This document shows positions 13,858-29,104 of a stretch of 64,000 bases of DNA, one piece after another (position 1 is the stretch's first letter; the number at the start of each line of letters is the position of its first letter). A program made the translations under genes and the position numbers. The stretch lies in the NCBI GenBank assembly GCA_964016885.1, contig CAXHJY010001737.1, positions 112,046-176,045 of the forward strand, read 5' to 3'. This stretch comes from Eledone cirrhosa (lineage: Eukaryota). Below the pieces are notes generated by a model. The model searched no databases. It was not told the origin of the DNA and worked only from the letters and a program-made list of their open reading frames with translations.

Positions 13858-14113
13858 AGGATAAAGACCCACTTCGGTCACGAATGACCACGGGATATGC
13901 ACCTAGATGCACAAGTTCGGGCAAGATTGTTTGTGGAAGACGAACAATTGCCCAGGCATACCAGTCTATCCTCTCCATGCCACCGATGTTGTCCAAAGGA
14001 AAAGAAATGGCCGATACAGCTTGGCACCAGTGACATCACAACACACATATATAAATGAAAAGTATAGAAATTATTGTAGCAAGAAGCCAACAGTATTCCA
14101 TAATATATAAGTG

Positions 14114-14201
<88 letters not shown>

Positions 14202-14791
14202 AATATGGATATATATATATATGTATATAAATATGTATATATATATGTATATATATATGGATGTATGTATAGTATATTTGATAATATACTGTATGTTTAA
14301 TTAAAAACATTTTGAAGACCGTTCACTATGTTTAATCAGCTCTTAAACATTACTGGAATTCTATAAGAATCTATCTTCTATAATTCTCAGCAGAAGTGCA
14401 GGAGTAAGTAGACTTGATAACCAATAATTAGCGAGAAACAGGACTGTCGATTACTCCCCTTCGTTTTTGCCGAGAATAAGTAAGTGACATAGTGACTACA
14501 TTAAAACTCATAGCGAATGGTCTTCAAGATGCTTTTAATGAAACATACAGTATATTATCAAATATACTATACATACATCGCTATTTCAGAGCACCAATAC
14601 TAATATATATATATATTAGATATACACTATATATGATGTTGTCCAAGGGAAAGGCAATGGCTGATACAGCTTGGCACCAGTGACATCACGAGTCATGTCT
14701 ACAGCTGAGTGAACTGGAGCAACGTGAAATAAAATGTCTTGCTCAAGGACACAACACAAAGCCTGGTTCGAGAATCGAAATCACAACCTTA
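13858..14791 (-). mobile_element. Fragmented SINE (pieces ~13858-14039 and ~14634-14791) interrupted by (TA)n and a family B relic
   Basis: Both pieces share gatgttgtccaa..ggc.gatacagcttggcaccagtgacatcac. The core ctggagcaacgtgaaataaaatgtcttgctcaaggacacaac matches the other SINEs. Confidence 0.65.
14268..14612 (+). mobile_element. Old diverged relative of the 310-bp family B, with inverted arm and decayed hammerhead
   Basis: About 14268-14330 and 14510-14600 are mutual inverted repeats similar to the family B monomer. Relic HHR gtagac-TTGATAA...GAAAC-AGGACT-GTC-gattac at 14408-14454. Confidence 0.6.
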
Positions 14792-15170
14792 CAATACTGC
14801 TAATACATTAAATATTACAGTAAAATTGTGGTTGTAGTGTCAGTAATGGTAATGGTGGTGTTAGCAGTTGTGTTAGTAGTGATGGTAATAGTGTTAGTAG
14901 TGTTAGTGGTGATATTAGTAGTGGTAGTGTTGGTGTTAGTAGTGGTGGTAATAGTGTTAGTGGTGCTAGTAGAAATACTGTACTAAATATTATATGATTA
15001 AGGCCATCCGGTTATTGAATCCGCGTTATTAAATATAAAATCGTTTGATAATTCACCGTCACATGAAAGGAAAGAGCAGCATGTATTGAGTACATTTTTC
15101 ATCTTCTCTGTGTGTATAGGATATACACACCACTAATACTACATCGCTAATATTGTTATATTCTAGGCAC

Positions 15171-15244
<74 letters not shown>

Positions 15245-15284
15245 TAACCATATATAATATATACATATATATATGTCTATAACC

Positions 15285-15332
<48 letters not shown>

Positions 15333-15359
15333 TATAACCATATATAATATATACATATT

Positions 15360-15432
<73 letters not shown>

Positions 15433-15730
15433 AATATCTATATTTATAAACATACATACAGACACATATACATATAAGTATTTGCAAGTGTATACATGTA
15501 GTATAAATGTATATATATATATTTATATATACACACATACATACATCCGTATAAATATATATATGTATACAAACATATATATGATATATATATATACATA
15601 CATGTATGTATATATTTATATATATTTATATACACACACCCAGTGTGTATATATCATAAAATATAAATAATGCATTAATATAGACATCAGTACATAAAGA
15701 AAGATATGCCTGATGCCTCGTTTTGTTTGG

Positions 15731-15773
<43 letters not shown>

Positions 15774-15935
15774 GTGCCTGTGTGTGTCTGTGTAAATATA
15801 TTTATATTTATATACAAATACATGTATAAAGAACATAGGTTTAGCTGCACGTACATAACAACAACAATAACAACAACAGCAACATCAGTGACAATGATGT
15901 ATTTTTCATCTTTACAACACCATTAGTAACAAATA

Positions 15936-16004
<69 letters not shown>

Positions 16005-16031
<27 letters not shown>

Positions 16032-16551
16032 AGGAGAGTAATGGGAAGAATGATAAAAGAAAGAGAGAGAGAATGAGAGAGAAAAAGCGAGAGAGAGAGA
16101 GAAAGAAAGAAAGAGTGCGAGAGAGCAATACCGACAAAGAGGTCGAGAGAGAGGGAGAGGGGTAGGTGGGGGGTAGTGAAAGACTGACAAAGAGGAGAGC
16201 GTGAGGGAGACGGCGGGAAATTAAGAGAGAGTAGGGGAGAGCGAGAAGGTGTTATAGAGAGAGGGACAAATGAAGGAAAGAGCAAAAGATAGGGAGAGGG
16301 AGAACGAGAGAGAGAGAGTGATAAAGATAGAGAGAGCGAGCGAGAGAGAGCAATAGAGAGCGGGGAGAGAAAGGAGAAGAGAGAGAAATAGAGAATGATA
16401 AAGAGAAAAAGAGAGGGGAGAGAGAAAAGAGCGAGTGATAAAGAGAAAGAGAGAGAAAGGGAGAGAGAGAGAGCGAGAAAGAGAAAGAGAGAGAGCGAGA
16501 AAGAGAAAGAGAGAGAGAGAGCTAGCGAGAAAGAGAGAGAGAGAGAGAGAA

Positions 16552-16638
<87 letters not shown>

Positions 16639-16650
16639 GAGTGAGAAAGT
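16005..16650. repeat. (GA)n-rich polypurine tract
   Basis: Read directly from the sequence. Confidence 0.95.
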
Positions 16651-16896
16651 GAGGGGAGATAACTGTATATATATATATATTACAGTATAAACATAAACAT
16701 TACCATTCTCTCTCAACTATTTTCTGTCTTGACATTCCCATTCATTCTGCTGTTCCGTCTATTCTGCGATTCCGTCACGCAACATCGATTATACGATCTC
16801 ATACATCAAACGATATAAAGTTTCCTACTTTTTAAATTTAATTTACCAGATACACTTTGTGTGTATATATATATATAAGTATATATATATATATAA

Positions 16897-16929
<33 letters not shown>

Positions 16930-17299
16930 CATATATATATATATACTTATATATATATATATATACTTATATATATATATATAAACTTATATATATATAA
17001 GTATATATATATATGTATGTATATATGTATATATATATATATAGACATATATAGATATGTATATTTGTGTGTGTGTATATATATATATCTTCAACGTACT
17101 TTCATTGTTATCTTTTACTTTCTTTGAGGTCTCCTCTCCCTCCCTTCTTCTTTATTTCTGCCTCTTACATCCACTCTCATTCACCGACACACGCTCACTA
17201 TCTCACACAAACACACGCACGAAGACATATACCCATCACACAAAGAAAGTCAATCATACCAACAAACGCATATACACAACAATCTATTATGTACATATG

Positions 17300-17384
<85 letters not shown>

Positions 17385-17399
17385 ATATATATATATATA

Positions 17400-17556
<157 letters not shown>

Positions 17557-17918
17557 GTATATATATAAACGTTTGTATATGTATAATAAAGCCAAAACAA
17601 TGCAGGTATGGACATAGAATAAAGAATGCAAATGCAAGAGATATTGTTGACAATTAGTCTTTTACCTTAGATTTATTTAAATATATAAATTTATTTTATA
17701 TATATATATATATATATATATGTAGATAAATCTACCAAGAGTTTACGGTAGTGTCCAATCCGTATGAAGAACTCAATGTATTCCGGATATCATGGAAAGA
17801 AGAGATGTAATGAAAAATCACTTTCGGTGAAAGATAAACGGTATACAGAGTCAAGATAAAATATTAAACAAATAATGAATAAAACAATGAAACAGTTCCT
17901 TATATTAAACAAAAAAAG

Positions 17919-18073
17919 TTCATTATTTAACGATCGTTTCTAGGATATATATGTGTTAGAATTGGCATGCATATTCAACAGATCTATGTACAAAATTATA
18001 CAAAATTATACAAACTATCAAGATTAAATATACATACCAAACACACATATACGCCGTCTTCAGAAATAATGAA
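17919..18073 (-). ncRNA. Type I hammerhead with extended stem II (left-arm copy)
   Basis: Reverse complement of 28519-28673. Confidence 0.82.
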
Positions 18074-18710
18074 ATATATTTATTGATAATAACAACAATT
18101 CAAAATTTCAGGTCCGTTTGGGAACAAAATTGACCAATGAAAATACAAAAGGTTTTATGCAGTTTGGTGTGTGTATATACATGTAACTACCCCGTACACA
18201 TATTTATACAAAGATGTATGCTCAACATGCATACGCATGCCAAAAAGATGCATGCAAATACAAAATTTCAAGGTTAATGTCTCTGTAAGTTTATAATGCA
18301 CAGATAAGATGCGTATAAATATGAAATAAGTGTATACACATATTCTCATACTCACACATATCCGTACACTCACACACACGCGCGCGTATATGCATAAACA
18401 TACACATAATTACGAACATACATACACACACACACCCCCACACACATATATATATGTGGATATAATATTATCATAAGCACATGGATATTAATTCACTCAC
18501 ATAAACACTGCCACACACATCTAGATCAAGATACAGAAATTAGGTGGGAGGGGGGGAGAGGTCAGTATTCAACGGTTTGGGCAGACTGCTTATTTATAGA
18601 TGTATCTATAAACTAAGAAATAAAAAATAAAAATTAAAAAGGAAAGAAAAGAAAAAGAAAAAGAAAAAAGAAAAAAGAAATATATCAAGAAAATATATAT
18701 ATATATATAT

Positions 18711-18757
<47 letters not shown>

Positions 18758-19401
18758 CATACACATATACACACATCTACACTTAGAACACACATACACA
18801 CACATATATAAACATATACATATACACACATACACACATATACACACATACATATAAATATATATATATATACATACACACATATATACACATATAATCA
18901 CACATACATATATAGACACACATATATATACACATACACGCACATATACATACACATACATACTTATATACATACAGATATACACATACATACCTATATA
19001 TACACACAAATACATACAGACATACATACATACATACACACAAATACTTACGCATCCATATATCGGTATATACATACAAACACCACTACACTCTCACACA
19101 ACTCAGACATACAAAGAAAAAGGTATATACCTATACACATATACACATACAAATAGAGATACATATACATATATATATATATATACACATATATATATAT
19201 ATATATACATACACATATACACACATATATATACATACACATACATACATGTACACACACATACATATACATACATACACACATATACACATACATATAT
19301 AGTCATACACACACATACACCTACACGAACATACACATACACATATATAAAGATATATATACACACACACACATACACACACACACATATATATAAAATA
19401 A

Positions 19402-19454
<53 letters not shown>

Positions 19455-20069
19455 CACATATACATAGACATATATGTACATACATACACATACATAAATA
19501 CATATACACACACATATATATATATATACACACATAGACACATACATACATACACACACAACATACATACACACACATATATACTCATACATAGACATAG
19601 ATATATATTCATACATACATACGCACTTACATATACTCATATATACAAATACATACGCATCCATATATGCGTATATACATATAAAACCCACTACACTCTC
19701 ACACAACTCAGACATACAAAGAAAAAGGTATATACATATACATATATACACACATTAATAGAGATACATATACACATATATATATATATATATACACATA
19801 CATTTATATATATACACCCACACACACATACAACCACAAACACACATACAAACACACACATACACACATATATACATACATATATATACACACACACAAA
19901 AAGCACACATACACATATATATTTTTACACATATATATACATATATATACATATACACACCCTCACATATACACACATACACATAAGTTATATTATAATA
20001 ATAAATAATATATATATATATATATATATACACATACGAATATAGACATATATACACACATAGATATAC

Positions 20070-20101
<32 letters not shown>

Positions 20102-21101
20102 TCACATATATATGTGCGCACACGTACATATATACACATACACACATATACACATAAACATATACATGTGCATACATGTACATACACACATATACCCACA
20201 TAGATACGAAGATAGACATATATATAGAGAGACATACATATATATACACATATATATATACACATACATACACACATACATATATATATATATATACACA
20301 CACACATACACGCCCACACACATATACACATATACACATATATATATATATACATATACACATATATATACACATGCATATATATACATATATATATATA
20401 TATACACACATATATATACACACAATCTTACATTCTTATTTGCATGCGCATATATGTATTTTTATATTCAGATATAAATACCCAAACATATATACACCTA
20501 CCTACATATATATTCATACATACACGCTTACAAACACAGATGATAATAGTATGGGGGAAAGGGGGGGGGGTTGGAGAAGGGGATTATAGTAAATATATGT
20601 TTCAAGAAACATAGAATATTATCTGTATCTGGATCCCAATATATGTTTTTACATAGTTTCAGTGTTAGGAAATACAAGAAATAAGGCAAAATTATGCATT
20701 TCAAAATAAGTATACCATTAATTATATGTTAACTAAACTAAAGATAGTTAACATATTGATTTCTAAGGTGTAAATTAGTTAGGTTTATAATATTTGAAGC
20801 AGAATTTTGAAGTTAAATAGTAGTAGAGTATTAATTATAGTATAACTAAATTAAAGTTATTAACGTTATGGTATCAATATTAGGAAATGAATTTAGTAAT
20901 AGGGAAAAAACAAATAAAGTATTACATCGATAGTAGAATATAAATTATAGGTTAACTAAATTAAAAATTATATATTAATTTCTATAGTATATGTTAATTA
21001 GGTATATAATAAATAAAACAGATATTGTATTTTATCAATAGCAGAATATAATTATATGCAAATAGAAATCAAAATTAATACATATACATATACATATACA
21101 T

Positions 21102-21164
<63 letters not shown>

Positions 21165-21656
21165 TACATACACATACATATACATACATACATATACATA
21201 TTTTTTCAAAAATTGCAAAGAATATATTAACTAGGTATACATCCAAAACACATCCCATTCTATGATTACATGACACTCTGCAATCCGTCTGTATAAGGAT
21301 ACTAATTTTAAGCCAATTAAATTAAATTTTTAGGTTGACTAAATTTAAAACCAAATTATAAATATATTTCTAAAATGTATATTAATTAGGTCTATAATAC
21401 TAAAAATTATTTCTCTGTCATTGGATACACGATATTTTGTTATATTTTATCTGTAAAGGAATTTTAATAAAAGGTTTAAATAAATTAAAATTAATCTATA
21501 AATTAAATTACTAAGTATATATTAGTAATATTTAAAGGTTTTTCACAATTTATGATTACACAATATTTTATATTCTCATCTGTAGTAGAATTTTAATTAA
21601 ATTAAATTTATAGGTTAACTAACATTTAAATTAAATTAATTTCTAAAATAATGTTA

Positions 21657-23193
21657 TTAATTAGGTTTATAATATTTAAATGTTTTTTTTAGTTTATGAT
21701 TACACGATATAATTAATTCCTGTCGTTTATTTAATAGGATATCCTTAGATTTCATTATTTCAAATAGTTCTTGGGAACATAATCTACATTCATTTCTATT
21801 ATTTTGATAAGGGGTGGCTCTTTTGAGCACACTCCAGGTCAAATCATATTCTATATTCTTATTTTTATAACTATTGATTTTTTCTGCTAGAGATGTTGTA
21901 TTAGCCAGTGCGGCATTTTTAAAACTATGCTTGTGGGTATTAAACCTTGTCTTAAAATTGTTAGAGGTAGCTCCTATATATGAGCAAATAGAATCTTTAG
22001 TTTTAACATTACATTTATAGACTATGTTGTTAACAAGACAATTCCCTTTTAATGGGCAGTTTGCTTTGTTTCTACAGTTACAACCTTTCGTTAATTCTGT
22101 ATTTGAGGAGATATTATGGTTAATTTGATGTACTGGTGGTATACTTATGGTTTTCTTACATTTATATGCATTATAGGCACTTATATTTTGTTTTATGTTA
22201 TTTGTTGTTGAGTATGAGAATTTAACTGTAGACCTATTTAAGATTTGATGGTATTTGTGGTTTGGCGGGAAGTTTTTCTCTAGGATATAAAAAATTTTTT
22301 TAGCAATATTATCCTTAATTTGTAAATTAAATGGAGCATTATACCAAGTAACCCGTCTATTACGGTTTCTATGTTGTTTATTATTTTTATTATTTTTATA
22401 GGTTGTATCGTGATGTTTACTAGGAGGATTAATGTTAATGATCTCACCACAACCATTTTTAGTTATATTTGTAGATTTAGGTGTTTTATCTTTTTTATTA
22501 GGAGTTTTATTATTAATATTTATTAGAGTTGTATGATGAGTAGTTTTTTGAGAGTTACTATATTTTATATTAGAAGATTTGGTATTTTGGGGTATAGTGT
22601 GGGTGGCATTTAGGTGTGTACTTTTCATTTGGTGTTTGTTGGTAATATTAGGTTGTATGCTTTTAGTATTTTTAGTAGAAGGTATATATTCTAATCTATT
22701 TTTGTGGCCACTTCTATCTAGAGCTTCGTTATAGAAGGTCGCATTTTTATCAAATACATCTTGGTTAGAAGAGAGGTTAGAAATTCTAAGTGATATATTA
22801 TATGCAAGGTTTTTAAGGATAGATTTAGGGTGATTAGATTGTGAGTGTATGTAATGTAAGTTTTGGTTTGGTTTATGGTAAGGTTGGTAGATACCCGTAG
22901 CTAAATCTAAAGTTATATCTAGGAAATTTACTACTTTACTTGTTTTTTCAAAAGTAATATGAAGATTATAATAGTCTTTAAGGAAAGTTCTAATATGTTT
23001 TTTGTTTTTTTCAATTTCTGAAAGGCTAAGGTTGTTAGAAAGAAGAAGACAGTCATCACGATATAAACCACCTTTGAGGTGGGGAAAGGAGGCATTTATG
23101 TTGAAAAGGAGAAAGAGGCCCACAAGATCAGTAATTTGGGCGGAATCGCTTGAACCCATAGTAATATCAAATAGATTACTATATGTGTTTCTG
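21657..23193 (-). pseudogene. 5'-truncated PLE ORF (RT C-terminal half, CxCx5C linker, GIY-YIG), uninterrupted frame
   Basis: MGSSDSAQITDLVGL, GLYRDD, VNFLDITL, CNCRNKANCP, IVYKC...YIGATSNNFKTRFNTH, CRLCSQE. Confidence 0.92.
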
Positions 23194-24934
23194 AAAACAC
23201 CTCCCAGGTAATTAACTGGTTTAAAAATATTAGATGTAAATCTTCTGCTTCATTTCTACAATTTGATATAGATAATTACTATTCTTCTATATCACCTATA
23301 CTCCTGAACAAAGCATTGATATTTGCTAAAAATAGATCTAACTTAACTTTGGATGACATTAATATTATTACACATGCTAGACTAACACTTATTGAATTTC
23401 AGAATGAATACTGGACCAGAAACACATATAGTAATCTATTTGATATTACTATGGGTTCAAGCGATTCCGCCCAAATTACTGATCTTGTGGGCCTCTTTCT
23501 CCTTTTCAACATAAATGCCTCCTTTCCCCACCTCAAAGGTGGTTTATATCGTGATGACTGTCTTCTTCTTTCTAACAACCTTAGCCTTTCAGAAATTGAA
23601 AAAAACAAAAAACATATTAGAACTTTCCTTAAAGACTATTATAATCTTCATATTACTTTTGAAAAAACAAGTAAAGTAGTAAATTTCCTAGATATAACTT
23701 TAGATTTAGCTACGGGTATCTACCAACCTTACCATAAACCAAACCAAAACTTACATTACATACACTCACAATCTAATCACCCTAAATCTATCCTTAAAAA
23801 CCTTGCATATAATATATCACTTAGAATTTCTAACCTCTCTTCTAACCAAGATGTATTTGATAAAAATGCGACCTTCTATAACGAAGCTCTAGATAGAAGT
23901 GGCCACAAAAATAGATTAGAATATATACCTTCTACTAAAAATACTAAAAGCATACAACCTAATATTACCAACAAACACCAAATGCCACCCACACTATACC
24001 CCAAAATACCAAATCTTCTAATATAAAATATAGTAACTCTCAAAAAACTACTCATCATACAACTCTAATAAATATTAATAATAAAACTCCTAATAAAAAA
24101 GATAAAACACCTAAATCTACAAATATAACTAAAAATGGTTGTGGTGAGATCATTAACATTAATCCTCCTAGTAAACATCACGATACAACCTATAAAAATA
24201 ATAAAAATAATAAACAACATAGAAACCGTAATAGACGGGTTACTTGGTATAATGCTCCATTTAATTTACAAATTAAGGATAATATTGCTAAAAAATTTTT
24301 TTATATCCTAGAGAAAAACTTCCCGCCAAACCACAAATACCATCAAATCTTAAATAGGTCTACAGTTAAATTCTCATACTCAACAACAAATAACATAAAA
24401 CAAAATATAAGTGCCTATAATGCATATAAATGTAAGAAAACCATAAGTATACCACCAGTACATCAAATTAACCATAATATCTCCTCAAATACAGAATTAA
24501 CGAAAGGTTGTAACTGTAGAAACAAAGCAAACTGCCCATTAAAAGGGAATTGTCTTGTTAACAACATAGTCTATAAATGTAATGTTAAAACTAAAGATTC
24601 TATTTGCTCATATATAGGAGCTACCTCTAACAATTTTAAGACAAGGTTTAATACCCACAAGCATAGTTTTAAAAATGCCGCACTGGCTAATACAACATCT
24701 CTAGCAGAAAAAATCAATAGTTATAAAAATAAGAATATAGAATATGATTTGACCTGGAGTGTGCTCAAAAGAGCCACCCCTTATCAAAATAATAGAAATG
24801 AATGTAGATTATGTTCCCAAGAACTATTTGAAATAATGAAATCTAAGGATATCCTATTAAATAAACGACAGGAATTAATTATATCGTGTAATCATAAACT
24901 AAAAAAAACATTTAAATATTATAAACCTAATTAA
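23193..24934 (+). pseudogene. 5'-truncated, frameshifted PLE ORF (right-arm copy)
   Basis: The spacer reads in frame NTSQVINWF...FLQFDIDNYYSSI (RT motif A). A 19-bp deletion near 23984 relative to the left arm shifts the frame. The C-terminus matches the left arm. Confidence 0.9.
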
Positions 24935-25426
24935 TAACATTATTTTAGAAATTAATTTAATTTAAATGTTAGTTAACCTATAAATTTAATTTAATTAAAA
25001 TTCTACTACAGATGAGAATATAAAATATTGTGTAATCATAAATTGTGAAAAACCTTTAAATATTACTAATATATACTTAGTAATTTAATTTATAGATTAA
25101 TTTTAATTTATTTAAACCTTTTATTAAAATTCCTTTACAGATAAAATATAACAAAATATCGTGTATCCAATGACAGAGAAATAATTTTTAGTATTATAGA
25201 CCTAATTAATATACATTTTAGAAATATATTTATAATTTGGTTTTAAATTTAGTCAACCTAAAAATTTAATTTAATTGGCTTAAAATTAGTATCCTTATAC
25301 AGACGGATTGCAGAGTGTCATGTAATCATAGAATGGGATGTGTTTTGGATGTATACCTAGTTAATATATTCTTTGCAATTTTTGAAAAAATATGTATATG
25401 TATGTATGTATATGTATGTGTATGTA

Positions 25427-25505
<79 letters not shown>

Positions 25506-26500
25506 ATGTATATGTATATGTATATATATTAATTTTGATTTCTATTTGCATATAATTATATTCTGCTATTGATAAAATACAATATCTGTTTTATTTATTA
25601 TATACCTAATTAACATATACTATAGAAATTAATATATAATTTTTAATTTAGTTAACCTATAATTTATATTCTACTACCGATGTAATACTTTATTTGTTTT
25701 TTCCCTATTACTAAATTCATTTCCTAATATTGATACCATAACGTTAATAACTTTAATTTAGTTATACTATAATTAATACTCTACTACTATTTAACTTCAA
25801 AATTCTGCTTCAAATATTATAAACCTAACTAATTTACACCTTAGAAATCAATATGTTAACTATCTTTAGTTTAGTTAACATATAATTAATGGTATACTTA
25901 TTTTGAAATGCATAATTTTGCCTTATTTCTTGTATTTCCTAACACTGAAACTATGTAAAAACATATATTGGGATCCAGATACAGATAATATTCTATGTTT
26001 CTTGAAACATATATTTACTATAATCCCCTTCTCCACCCCCCCCCCTTTCCCCCATACTATTATCATCTGTGTTTGTAAGCGTGTATGTATGAATATATAT
26101 GTAGGTAGGTGTATATATGTTTGGGTATTTATATCTGAATATAAAAATACATATATGCGCATGCAAATAAGAATGTAAGATTGTGTGTATATATATGTGT
26201 GTATATATATATATATGTATATATATGCATGTGTATATATATGTGTATATGTATATATATATATATGTGTATATGTGTATATGTGTGTGGGCGTGTATGT
26301 GTGTGTGTATATATATATATATATATGTGTGTATGTATGTGTATATATATATGTGTATATATATGTATGTCTCTCTATATATATGTCTATCTTCGTATCT
26401 ATGTGGGTATATGTGTGTATGTACATGTATGCACATGTATATGTTTATGTGTATATGTGTGTATGTGTATATATGTACGTGTGCGCACATATATATGTGA

Positions 26501-26536
<36 letters not shown>

Positions 26537-27143
26537 GTATATCTATGTGTGTATATATGTCTATATTCGTATGTGTATATATATATATATATTATTTATT
26601 ATTATAATATAACTTATGTGTATGTGTGTATATGTGAGGGTGTGTATATGTATATATATGTATATATATGTGTAAAAATATATATGTGTATGTGTGCTTT
26701 TTGTGTGTGTGTATATATATGTATGTATATATGTGTGTATGTGTGTGTTTGTATGTGTGTTTGTGGTTGTATGTGTGTGTGGGTGTATATATATAAATGT
26801 ATGTGTATATATATATATATATGTGTATATGTATCTCTATTAATGTGTGTATATATGTATATGTATATACCTTTTTCTTTGTATGTCTGAGTTGTGTGAG
26901 AGTGTAGTGGGTTTTATATGTATATACGCATATATGGATGCGTATGTATTTGTATATATGAGTATATGTAAGTGCGTATGTATGTATGAATATATATCTA
27001 TGTCTATGTATGAGTATATATGTGTGTGTATGTATGTTGTGTGTGTATGTATGTATGTGTCTATGTGTGTATATATATATATATATGTGTGTATATGTAT
27101 GTATGTATGTGTATGTATGTACATATATGTCTATGTATATGTG

Positions 27144-27182
<39 letters not shown>

Positions 27183-27699
27183 TTTTTTTATATATATGTG
27201 TGTGTGTGTATGTGTGTGTGTGTATATATATCTTTATATATGTGTATGTGTATGTTCGTGTAGGTGTATGTGTGTGTATGACTATATATGTATGTGTGTA
27301 TGTGTGTATGTATGTATATGTATGTGTGTGTACATGTATGTATGTGTATGTATATATATGTGTGTATATGTGTATGTATATATATATATATATATATGTG
27401 TATATATATATATATATGTATATGTATCTCTATTTGTATGTGTATATGTGTATAGGTATATACCTTTTTCTTTGTATGTCTGAGTTGTGTGAGAGTGTAG
27501 TGGTGTTTGTATGTATATACCGATATATGGATGCGTAAGTATTTGTGTGTATGTATGTATGTATGTCTGTATGTATTTGTGTGTATATATAGGTATGTAT
27601 GTGTATATCTGTATGTATATAAGTATGTATGTGTATGTATATGTGCGTGTATGTGTATATATATGTGTGTCTATATATGTATGTGTGATTATATGTGTA

Positions 27700-27732
<33 letters not shown>

Positions 27733-27832
27733 TTATATGTATGTGTGTATATGTGTGTATGTGTGTATATGTATATGTTTATATATGTGTGTGTATGTGT
27801 GTTCTAAGTGTAGATGTGTGTATATGTGTATG

Positions 27833-27897
<65 letters not shown>

Positions 27898-28518
27898 TTT
27901 CTTGATATATTTCTTTTTTCTTTTTTCTTTTTCTTTTCTTTCCTTTTTAATTTTTATTTTTTATTTCTTAGTTTATAGATACATCTATAAATAAGCAGTC
28001 TGCCCAAACCGTTGAATACTGACCTCTCCCCCCCTCCCACCTAATTTCTGTATCTTGATCTAGATGTGTGTGGCAGTGTTTATGTGAGTGAATTAATATC
28101 CATGTGCTTATGATAATATTATATCCACATATATATATGTGTGTGGGGGTGTGTGTGTGTATGTATGTTCGTAATTATGTGTATGTTTATGCATATACGC
28201 GCGCGTGTGTGTGAGTGTACGGATATGTGTGAGTATGAGAATATGTGTATACACTTATTTCATATTTATGTGTCTATACGCATCTTATCTGTGCATTATA
28301 AACTTACAGAGACATTAACCTTGAAATTTTGTATTTGCATGCATCTTTTTGGCATGCGTATGCATGTTGAGCATACATCTTTGTATAAATATGTGTACGG
28401 GGTAGTTACATGTATATACACACACCAAACTGCATAAAACCTTTTGTATTTTCATTGGTCAATTTTGTTCCCAAACGGACCTGAAATTTTGAATTGTTGT
28501 TATTATCAATAAATATAT

Positions 28519-28673
28519 TTCATTATTTCTGAAGACGGCGTATATGTGTGTTTGGTATGTATATTTAATCTTGATAGTTTGTATAATTTTGTATAATTTT
28601 GTACATAGATCTGTTGAATATGCATGCCAATTCTAACACATATATATCCTAGAAACGATCGTTAAATAATGAA
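28519..28673 (+). ncRNA. Type I hammerhead with extended stem II (right-arm copy)
   Basis: 10-bp stem I TTCATTATTT/AAATAATGAA. CTGAAGA at 28529-28535. Stem II tatatgtgtgtt/aacacatatata plus ttggtatgtatatt/aatatgcatgccaa. GAAAC-GATC-GTT (palindrome AACGATCGTT). Confidence 0.82.
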
Positions 28674-28891
28674 CTTTTTTTGTTTAATATAAGGAACTGT
28701 TTCATTGTTTTATTCATTATTTGTTTAATATTTTATATATATATATATATAGTCTTGATATATATTCGAGTATTTATTGTTAGCCGGTGTTTACATTACT
28801 GTGATCTTCAAACGTGAAGTCTCACCTGGAGATTGCAATTGCAAGAAAATCGATTAATGAAAATGATGATTCAGTACAAATTTAATATATA

Positions 28892-28920
28892 CTAGCCCAC
28901 TTGTGACCCGTTGGGTCACG
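28892..28920 (-). mobile_element. Possible Helitron 3' terminus
   Basis: Minus strand GC-rich hairpin gtgaccc-aac-gggtcac, 7 nt, then CTAG followed by T. The 5' end was not identified. Confidence 0.4.
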
Positions 28921-29028
28921 TTCACTTAAAAATATAAAAAAAGTCATGTTCACTTAAAATATTATTTTTAAATAATTGAATAATTAAATAATACACAGAC
29001 GTATATAATTTAAAATGAAATTGGAAGG

Positions 29029-29104
<76 letters not shown>

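Larger units (their letters stand above)
17856..28736. mobile_element. Giant fold-back Penelope-like insertion: inverted arms 17856-23193 and 23417-28736 around a 223-bp spacer
   Basis: The arms are reverse complements over ~5.3 kb, including ORF, AT-rich 3' region, degenerate TA/TG tract and HHR. Both outer ends run into (TA)n; the left copy has ~135 extra nt first. Confidence 0.92.
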
